A DNA stretch of 64,000 nucleotides. Source: Sphyrna mokarran (taxonomy: Eukaryota). Location of the stretch: assembly GCA_024679065.1 (NCBI GenBank), contig JAGIQG010000001.1, forward strand, positions 82,336,001 to 82,400,000, given 5' to 3'. Positions 1-9,496 of the stretch are shown here, piece after piece; position 1 is the first letter of the stretch, and each line of letters starts with the position of its first letter. Position numbers and translations under genes: made by a program. The notes under the pieces were generated by a model, which was not told the origin of the DNA, did no database searches, and saw only the letters and a list, made by a program, of their open reading frames with translations.

Positions 1-149
1 TTCGCCTTATTTCGCGCTGTTTTTCGGATCGACTTGCCTTTTTTTTACCTGTCTTTGCAGGGTCCGAAAGATCAATATCAGGTGTAGGGCAGAGAGCTGT
101 TGCCTTGTCATTGTATGGTCAACCTCGCTTTTATATATTCACTTTACAG

Positions 150-268
150 TATAGGTGAGAGCTCTGGGGAGATCGAGAAGGATGAGAAATTATACCCAGA
201 AAATTTTACACGTATCCTGGACAAACTGCTGGACGGTTATGACAACAGATTGAGACCTGGATTCGGGG
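150..268 (+). CDS. gabra4: GABA-A receptor alpha-4 subunit, coding exon 2 (exon 1 is upstream of the window)
   Basis: Acceptor ..ctttacAG (148-149), donor G|GTacgg. 119 bp, encodes [39 protein letters not shown], the alpha4-type N-terminus. Confidence 0.93.
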
Positions 269-956
269 GTACGGTTGAATATTTATTTTCGATTTCTGCA
301 GCTTGCCTAATGAGAGCAAATTGCCTGCTCTTGTATTTATTGGGACGATGGTAACATTTCGGCTGATCCTTTCTACAGCATCATTAAAACAGGGTTATTA
401 GTCTACTCCAGTGGGGGTGGGGGGCAATGTGCACCCTTCCTGTGCTCTGAGATAAAATGGGAAGACACCATACATTTGAAACAGCATGGGTTTATTCTGG
501 AGGGCTTGCTGCTGATACAAAAAGGTGTGAGCAAATTCCATACGGTCTTGAAGGGCTTGTGTTTTTTTTAAACAGCGGATGGTTTAAATCAGCGTTAGAA
601 AGGAGTGTTAGCGGTATACTGGATATGTCTCTGCCTTGTTACCATGTTCCGAAGACTTTCGATGTGAAACGGGTTTTTATTTTAACTAAGCGTGCCTGCA
701 ACACTTGGAAGAAAGGCAGACCGACAAAGTTAAAGGCATACCCACTGGCCACACGAAGCGTATTCACTCTTAGAGCTTGCAACTTGCTGGTTTACCGCCG
801 TTAGAACTCAGGGGTGACAGCGGAACGAATACATGAAATGCATCTAAAACTGAGCACGGTCCCCACGCTGTGCTGTGATCTCTGATGAAGGGTGGGTGTA
901 AGTGACCATTGGTCACCTCCTTGTTTGCGCGTCCCTGTCACAGTAGTGAAGCTTGA

Positions 957-1142
<186 letters not shown>

Positions 1143-1406
1143 TGAAATTATTAATATGAACATTTAAAGTGGATCATTCGAGGTCGGCGTTGCATTAGCA
1201 TTATAATGTTAGAATTCCAAATGCATTTCGAGTAAACACATGGCCAATTCAAACATTCACCTCGGAAATAAGTTGGATGGATGGAGGAATACTCCACATT
1301 CATTTTAGTTGAAAACAACACATAAAAAAAACAAACCTAATTGTGGATTCCAGTAATTAGTGTTGCGTGCTATGTATAATGTTTCAACATGGACTGCATA
1401 TCATAA

Positions 1407-1494
1407 ACACATAATATAATCATATCACACATAATATAATCATATCACACATAATATAATCATATCACACATAATATAATCATATCACACATAA
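1407..1494. repeat. 20-bp minisatellite (ACACATAATATAATCATATC) x ~4.4
   Basis: Perfect tandem copies read directly in intron 3. Confidence 0.95.
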
Positions 1495-1631
1495 AATGGG
1501 CAGCTATCACAGTGACACTCTGTGTGGGAAACTAAACAACTGTTAGAATACTTGAAACTACTTGATGCGTTATATCCAACAGTGCTTCACTTCAGTCATC
1601 CTTTTGTGCTTATTCCCTGTTTCTATCTAAG

Positions 1632-1852
1632 GAGTACACAATGGATGTGTTTTTCCGCCAAACCTGGGTGGACAAGAGGCTGAAGTACGACGGCCCTATT
1701 GAAATCCTTCGTCTCAATAACATGATGGTCACTAAAGTCTGGACACCCGATACGTTCTTTAGGAACGGAAAAAAATCAATTTCCCACAACATGACAGCCC
1801 CAAACAAGCTGTTCCGAATCATGCAGAATGGGACCATTCTGTATACTATGAG
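1632..1852 (+). CDS. gabra4: gabra4 coding exon 4
   Basis: 221 bp, AG/GT bounded. Encodes [37 protein letters not shown]; FFRNG (Arg) is alpha4/alpha6-type and MMVTKVW is alpha4-type. Confidence 0.97.
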
Positions 1853-1962
1853 GTATGTTTTGCACTTTGCCTAACGGCAGGTATTTATTTTGCCACTAGT
1901 ACTAAAATAATCAAAGACGCTCATTTCAATTTAAACATAATTTCATTTTTTGTTTCTTTTAG

Positions 1963-2045
1963 ACTTACCATAAGTGCAGAATGTCCAATGAAACTGGTTG
2001 ATTTCCCAATGGATGGCCATGCTTGTCCACTTAAATTTGGGAGTT
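1963..2045 (+). CDS. gabra4: gabra4 coding exon 5 (Cys-loop)
   Basis: 83 bp, tttAG / GTgagt. Encodes [27 protein letters not shown] with the C-x13-C Cys-loop. Confidence 0.97.
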
Positions 2046-2348
2046 GTGAGTTGTGTGCTTTTGTTTTTTCTTGGCTTAACCATAGAAGGAAAACTTTAAC
2101 TGAAAAGTGTTCACGATTTTATCTAACCGCACTGTTGAAATTACACATGAATTTTGATTACTGTCAAATCAACTTTACTGTGTCCTATGTGGAAAACAAG
2201 TTTGTGTTTGTCACATATACCATTACAAATACGTTTGAATTTTTCTTTTAAAAAGTGAAATGCAATTGTATTTTTACATTGTACATCTGTGTTCGGAATT
2301 GTTTTGAAAGAATGAAACAAACAAAACGCACAAGTAGTTAACATAAGT

Positions 2349-2442
2349 AAAAAATGCTGGAAAATCTCAGCAGCTTTGACAGCATCTGTGGAGAGGGAAT
2401 AGAGCTAACGTTTGGAGTCTGGGTGACTCTTCCTCAGAGCTC
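2349..2442 (-). mobile_element. Short Penelope-type terminal fragment with a hammerhead-like motif
   Basis: Minus strand reads GAGCT CTGAGGA A GAGTC accca GACTC CAAA CGTT AGCTC, followed by the family body. Related copies lie at ~31890, ~36190, ~61750 and ~62260. Confidence 0.7.
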
Positions 2443-2851
2443 AGAATATTTGAACATATTGTAAATTAATAGGAATGGTCTAGTGATTATGTGTGCTTGC
2501 AATCAACAGAACGCTTATAAGATCATTATACAAATCTGAATAATTGTTTTACTTCATTTAAACAATTACATTAGAATTAAAATAGATTTGCCTATTTTAA
2601 TTGAAATGTTTAAAATATTTAAACAACTGTAGAATAGCTTTTAAAATGCCAACGGGAATAAAGCTTCATAAATATTTTCGGATTGCAAAGTTCGAAAAGG
2701 ATTTGTATGAGAACAATGTTGAGAAAGAGACAACTCAATCACTTAAATATAGTTATAAAGAGGGAGATACAGCTGGATACGTTGTCACAAATAGTTATGT
2801 TACTATTGTGGACTAACATTATTATAAATTCATTCTTTTTATATGTTTTAG

Positions 2852-2995
2852 ATGCATATCCTAAAAGTGAGATGATATATACATGGAGAAAAGGTCCTGA
2901 AGAATCAGTGGAAGTGCCCAAAGAGTCATCAAGCTTGGTGCAATATGATCTTGTAGGACAAACAGTATCAAGTGGCACAGTTAAATCCATTACAG
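2852..2995 (+). CDS. gabra4: gabra4 coding exon 6
   Basis: 144 bp, ttttAG / GTaaag. Encodes [48 protein letters not shown]. Confidence 0.97.
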
Positions 2996-3079
2996 GTAAA
3001 GACATAGAGTTATGGATTTCTTCAATAAATATCACAATCTCTGAGCAGTAGAATACAACTTGAAGACATGCTTGTGTTC

Positions 3080-3358
3080 CTCAGTGGCATACTGGTTAGC
3101 GCTGCTGCCTCACAGTGCTGGGGATCCAGGTTCAATTCCAGGCTACAGTCACTTTTTTGTGCAGAGTTTGCATGTTCTCTCTGTGTCTGCATGCGTTTCC
3201 TCCAGGTGCTCTGGTTTCCTCCCGACATGCTGCTTAAGTGCATCGGCTATGCTAAATTCTTCCTCATTCTGAACAGGAGTATGGTGACTAGGGATTTTCA
3301 CAGTAACTTCATTGCAGTGTTAATGTAAACCTACTTGTGACATCAACAAATAAACTTC
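3080..3358 (+). mobile_element. tRNA-derived V-SINE (HE1-like head), tail type B
   Basis: A/B-box-like head (tggttagcgctgctgcctcacag..ggttcaattcc), core gagtttgcatgttctc..gctctggtttcctccc, tail ..gtaacttcattgcagtgttaatgtaaacctacttgtgac..aataaac. Confidence 0.85.
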
Positions 3359-3433
3359 AAATGTCGCTAGATTGTTATTATATTTTTATCCAAAGCAGCT
3401 GAATACAATGAAAACCAACATCAATACTCATGA

Positions 3434-3628
<195 letters not shown>

Positions 3629-3667
3629 TGATCCATAAAACCATTTTATTACATTGTTCTATTTTAT

Positions 3668-3704
3668 TTCTCTCTCTTTGTCTCTCTCTCTCTCTGTGTC
3701 TCTC
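3668..3704. repeat. Degenerate (CT)n microsatellite
   Basis: tctctctct runs just inside intron 7. Confidence 0.7.
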
Positions 3705-4980
3705 CACATCCAATATTGCTAAATTTCAATACTGCTTTCTGTTGCCATATTTCTTAATTTAGTTATAAGGATGCTATCTGTTATATGATTAGAATACTTC
3801 CACTCTGGGCCAACAGAGCCTTGAGAACATCGATAGGCTCATGAGTTGGATCAAGATTTCTCAAGAACTGGACTGAATCACATTATTGTTTTCAGATTAG
3901 CACAAACAGGATGGCTGGGTGGGATTGAATGTCCTTGCCATGGCAAGTTTGATGGTAGCAGAGGTAATTAATCATGTGGGAGTATGATGACTCTGCCACC
4001 TTTCCAATTCCATCTTGATTAAGTCTGTGACAGGATACCGACTTGCCCTACCAACAATACCCATTTTAAGGTTCATTTCTCCACCTGGTAGTATTAACCC
4101 AGCAGCAGGCAGGGGTTGGTTTGCCATTCAGGGAGCATGATAACCAAACACATATGGGGTTGCTTTCAGGCTGTAGGTGGTTCCCTTAGTTCCTGATTGA
4201 GGACGTCTAACATTAGGAAACGGGGGTAGATTTCAGGGGGAGGGAGGGATGTGGGTGTACAGTCATTACAAAATCACAACACTCTTGTTGCCTACACCCT
4301 CTACTTCCTCCCCTGAGACTTCATCCATGACCTCTATCTCACCCACTATGACTCACCTGTGGCACAGGAGCCAGTGACTATACTTGACCTTGGATGGGTG
4401 TAGTACTGGCAGCAGCCACCAGACCTCTAGTGGCACTGTTAATCAATAAAGCTGCAGCTTTTGATTGACTAGCAACTGTTGGCCTGGGACTTCCACCCCC
4501 TTGGTCTTTGATCCTGGGAAAGATCCACTGCAGTCCAGTTAACTGACTGGGTGGCTGGTGATATTGTGAATCTCTCCTAAAAGAGACAATAGGATTTTTG
4601 CCAGCTCTACAGCCCACGGATGAAATTTTTGTTGGTTTCGCCAAATACTATCTGCCAAATCAGGACCAACAAATTCAGTCACTAATAACTTCAACTTCAT
4701 AAATTGTACTTTATTTTACTACTTTATTTTTACTACTTTATTGTACTACTTTTCAGCGTTTCTGTTGACTGTTACATTTTACCACTTTAAATGTGCTATA
4801 TAAATAAAAGGTGTTGATTGTGGAAGGAATCTGATTGAGGCTAATCCTGTTTTAACCTGAAACTTCACACACACACATAAAGACATAATCAAATACATAC
4901 ATCCGAATAAACAAACACACACTCATACAGGCACAAGAACACACAGTAACACACACACTCATACAGACACAAACAAACAA

Positions 4981-7323
4981 GGAATGAAAGGAAATTATAA
5001 GCTTAGTCAAAAGGAAAGAAGAAGTATATAATATGTCTAAGCATCTAAAAACTAACATAGTCCTTGAGGAGTACAATGAAAGTTGGAAGAAAGCTATATG
5101 TGGAATTAGGAAGGCTAAAAAGGACCATGAAATGTCTTTAGCAAACCTGGGGTCAAGGAGAATCCCAAGGCTTTTTATGCATATATTAGGAACAAGAGGA
5201 TAGTAACAGGAAGAGTAAACCCAACTCAAGGACAACAGACGAAAGTTATGCATGGAGGAAGTGGGTGAGATCCTTAATGAATACTTTGCATCAATATTCG
5301 CCAAGGAGAAGGACATTACAGATATCGAGGTTAGAGTTAGGTGTTTGAATGCTCTAGAGAATGTCAACATATGAAAAGAAGAAGTGTTAAGTATCCTAAA
5401 TTGCATTCAGGTAGAAAAGGCCTCAGAGCGGGATGGAATCTATCCCACGTTACTGTGGGAGGCAAGGGAAGAAATACCCGGACCTTAACAGATATCTTCA
5501 CATTCTCTTTGCCCACTGGAAAATAGCCAATGTTGTTCCCTTAAGAAAAGAAGCAGGGCTAATCTAGGAAATAATAAGCCAGTGAGTCTGATATCAGTGG
5601 TGGGGAAGCTTTTGGCGAAGATACTAAGGGACAGGATATATGCAAATTTGGAGGAAAATGGACCAGTTAGTGACAGGCAGCATGCTTTCGTACGGGGAAG
5701 ATCAGGTCTAACCAACTTGATTGAACTTTTGAAGAGGTGATAAAGATAATTGATGAAGGAAGGGCTATGGGTGTCATTTATATTGACTTTAGTAAGACAT
5801 TTGACAAGGTCCCACATGGCAGACTGATACAGGAATTATAATCACATGAGATTCAGGGTGTGTTGGCTAGATTGATATAGAACTGGCTTGGTTATAGAAG
5901 ACAGAGACTAGTGGTGGCAGAATGTTTTTCAGAATGGTGATCTGTAGCTAGTGGTGTTCTGCAAGGATCAGGGCAGGGACCTCTGTTGATCTGGAGGAAA
6001 ATGTGGATGGTCTGATTAATAAATTTGTAGATGATTTGTAGAGTTGCTGATAATGTGAGGGATTGTTACAGGATACAACAGGATACAACATTAAACTCCA
6101 CCTGCCATTTCTGTGCCCAAGTCTGCTATCTATCTATGCTATAGATAGATAGCAGACTTGGGCACAGAAATGGCAGGTGGAGTTTAATCCAGACAGATGT
6201 GAGATGATGCATTTTTAAGGATCAAATTTAGGTGTGAATTATACTGTAAATGGCAGAACGCTTAAAAATGTTAACATAAAGACGGGGCTGGGCATGCATG
6301 TCCACAGTTTCCTAAAAATGGAAACAGGTGGCCAAGGTAATGAAGAAGACATTTGACATGCTTGCCTTTATCAGCTGGGGCATTAAGTATAAGAGTTGGG
6401 AAATTGTATTGCAGCTATATAAAACCTCGGTTAGGCTGCATTTGGAGTATTGCATGCTGTTCTGATCACCACACCACCAGAAGGATGTGGGAGCTTTGGA
6501 GAGAATGCAAAAAAAGGTTCACCAAGATGTTGCCTGATCTTGAGGATATTGGCAATGAGGAGAGGTCGAATAAATTAGAATTGTTTTCACTGGAAAGATG
6601 GAAGCTGAGAGGGAGAGCTGATAGAGGTCTACAAAATCATATAGCGGCATGGTAGCATTGTGGTTAGCACTGCTGCTTCACAGCTCCAAGGACTTAGATT
6701 TGATTTCTGGCTTGGGTCAGTGTCTGTGTGAAGTTTGCACATTCTCCTCGTGCCTGCGTGGGTTTCCGCTGGGTGCCCCGGTTTCCTTCCACAGTCCAAC
6801 ATAGGTTGATTGGCCATGCTAAAGTTGCCCCAGAATGTCCTGCAAAAATTAGGTTAGAGGGATTAGTGGGTAAAATACGGAGGACTATGGGGGTAGGACC
6901 TGGGTGGGAATGTGGTTGGTGCAGGCTTGATGGGCTGAATGGCCTCTTTCGTAGCTGTAGGGTTTCTATGATTCTAAAATTATGAGAGGCATAGACAGGA
7001 TGGATAGTCGGAGTTTTTTTCCAGGGGTGGGAGTGTCAATTATAAGGGAGCACAGGTTCAAGGTGAGAGAGGAAAGATTAAGGGAGATATGCGGGGGAAG
7101 TTTGTTATGCAGAGAATGGTGGGTGTTTGAAACTGCCAGAAGAGGTAATGGAAGCAGGCACATTGGCAACATTTAAGAGATATCCGGATGGGCAGATGAA
7201 AAGGGAGGGAATAGAGGAATACAGACTGAGTAAGGGCAGAAGGTTTTTATTTTGTTTGGTTGGGGCATCATGTTTGGCACAGGCTTGAAGGGCCTGTTCC
7301 TGCGCCATATTTTTCTTTGTTTT
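4981..7323 (+). mobile_element. CR1-type LINE, decayed ORF2 (RT) and 3' tail, inserted in a degenerate CA-rich tract
   Basis: Motifs GNNKPVSLISVVGKLL, IYIDFSKTFDKVPH, WQVEFNPDRCE, and a CR1 tail gaagggcctgttcctg. CA-rich tracts flank it at 4865-4980 and 7325-7447. Confidence 0.9.
6643..6976 (+). mobile_element. V-SINE (HE1-like), tail type A, nested in the CR1
   Basis: SINE head and core, then CR1-like tail gatgggctgaatggcctc..ttctatgattct. Flanked by aaaatcat / aaaattat, a likely TSD. Confidence 0.88.
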
Positions 7324-7492
7324 AAACACACACATACACATGCAAATACACAAGCATATATTTACATATTCACACAAACACACATACAACATAAACAAAC
7401 ACACAAAATACACATAAACAAACACACATACAGATAAACACACACAGAACTATATTTCAGTCAATAAAAACAGTATGTGGTTGGATTTTCAC

Positions 7493-7833
7493 ATAGAATA
7501 GAATCATAGAAACCATACAATGCAGAAAAAGGCCATTCAACCCATTGAGTCTGCACTGACAACAATCCCACCCAGGCCTTATCCCGACATATTTATCCCA
7601 CTAATCCCTCTAACCTACGCTTCCTGGGACAGTAAAGGGGTGATTTAGGTTGGCCAAATCAATCTAACTGCATGTTTTTGGACAGTGGGAGGAAACCGCA
7701 GCATCTGGAGGAAAGCCACACAGACACGAAGAGTGTGCAAACTCCACATAGACAGTGACTCAAACCAGGAATTGAACCCAGGTCACTGGAGCTGCGAAGC
7801 AGCACTGCTAACCACTGTGCCACCATGCCGCCC
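7493..7833 (-). mobile_element. V-SINE (HE1-like), tail type A
   Basis: Reverse complement of the same head, core and tail (..ctaaccactgtgccaccatgccgccc; atagaatcatagaa). Confidence 0.88.
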
Positions 7834-8047
7834 ATCTTAGCTCAAGGCATCAAAGCCAATTTGAAGGCCTCAATTGGTGTTCCAGTTGTAGTCAGCCTAT
7901 CAATAGTGAAATGCAATTGAGCCTTGGCTACATTTTTTTATGTGATAGTATTATACTGACAATATATGTCACAAACACTGAATTATTCAGTTTAATTAAT
8001 TTGTCTCCCGCATGTATTGCATCTATTTTGGTTTTGCAGTTAAAAAT

Positions 8048-8175
8048 TAGTACTCTTATCTCTGCATAACATAGTTCCAGGTTGAAGTCTCACTCTAGGG
8101 CTTAAGCATAAAATTAAAGGTTTGTGCTCTGGCGCAGTGCTGAGAGGGTGCTGTACTATGGGAAGTGCTACCATT
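8048..8175 (+). mobile_element. Truncated DeuSINE-like (SacSINE1/AmnSINE-type) 5' fragment
   Basis: tactcttatctctg..ggttgaagtctcactctagggcttaagcataaaat..gcagtgctgagagggtgctgtactatgggaagtgc resembles the recalled head and start of the Deu domain. Confidence 0.55.
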
Positions 8176-8252
8176 TGCTACCTTGTCCAAACCTCCAGTC
8201 CCACAAGGTCCAATGAACCAGAAAAAAATGCAAATAAGCCTGCTCCTTGTAC

Positions 8253-9176
8253 AGAGTCATAGAGACATAGAGGTTAATAGCATGGTAACAGGCCCTTTGG
8301 TCCAACTTTAAAAAAAATGATTATTTAAACCCTGAAGCTACCCCAATTGCCCGTATTTGGCCCACATCCCTCTATACCCATCTTACCTATGTAACTATCT
8401 AAATGCATTTTAAAAGATAAAATTGTGCCTGCCTCTGCTACTACTTCTGACAGCTTGTTCCAGACACTCACCACCCTCTGTGTGAAAAAAATTGCCCCTC
8501 TAGACACTTTTCTGTCTCTCCCCTCTGACTTTAAACCTATGCCCTCTAGTTTTTGACTCCCTACCTTTGGGAAAAGATATTGACTATATAGCTGAACAAT
8601 GCCCTTCATTGTTTTATAGACCTCTATATGATCACCTCTAAGCCTCCTATGCTTCAGAGAAAGAAGTCCCAGTCTATCCGGCCTGTCCTTACAACTCAAT
8701 CCACCAAGTCCCAGTAGCATCCTAGTAAATATTTTCTGCACTCTTTCTAGTTTAATAATATCCTTTCTATAATAGGATGAGTAGAAATGCACACATTATT
8801 CCAAGTTTGTCCTTATCAATGTCTTGTACAATTTCAACAAGACGTCCCAACTCCTGGATTCAATGTTATGAGCAATGAAACCAAACATGCTGAATGCCTT
8901 CTTCGCCACTCTGTCCACTTGTGACTCCACCTTCAAGGAGCTATGGACATGTATCCCTAGATCTCTTTGTTCTGTAACTCTCCCAGTGCTCTATCATTAA
9001 CTGAGTAAGTCCTGTCCTGGTTCAGTCTAGCAAAATGCAACATCTCACATTTATCTAAATTAAACTCCATCTGCCATTCGTCTAATTGATCAAGGCCTAA
9101 TTGATCAAAATCCCAGTGCAATTGGAGATAACTTTCTTCACTGTCCACTATACCAGCAATCTTAGTGTCATCTGCA
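8253..9176 (-). mobile_element. CR1-type LINE 3' fragment
   Basis: ORFs 8325-8792 and 8957-9148 give WQMEFNLDKCE, LERVQKIFTRML, FFTQRVVSVWNKL. Confidence 0.92.
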
Positions 9177-9214
9177 TATAATGCAGCTCCAGTTTGTTTG
9201 TGCCCTGTATAGGA

Positions 9215-9490
9215 TCATAGAATCATAGAAAAACTACAGCACAAACAGGCCCTTCGGCCCACAAGTTGCGCTGATCTTATCTCTACCTACTAGGCTTACC
9301 TATAACCTTCAATCCTATTAAGTCCCATATACTCATCCAGAAGTCTCTTAAAAGACCCTGATGAATTTGCCTTCACCACTACCGATGGCAGCCGATTCCA
9401 CTCATCCACCACTCTCTGAGTGAAAAACTTACTTCTGACAACTTCTCTTTACATACTGCCCGGCACCTTAAACCTGTGTCCTCTTGTAGC
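9215..9490 (-). mobile_element. CR1 3' tail fragment
   Basis: tcatagaatcatagaa tail repeat, aacaggcccttcggccc, and a FSLREWW/FTQRVV-like region. Confidence 0.8.
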
Positions 9491-9496
9491 ACACAA

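Noticed and set aside
850-876. RE1/NRSE-like site in intron 2
   Set aside because: Half-site matches are partial and the spacing is non-canonical, so the match is too weak to call.
1407-1494. Regularly spaced repeats as a CRISPR-like array
   Set aside because: The units are contiguous and identical with no spacers, in a vertebrate intron.
4852-5406. 184-aa hydrophobic ORF resembling a membrane protein
   Set aside because: It is the antisense of a CR1 plus a CA-rich tract, which produces the CVCM repeats.
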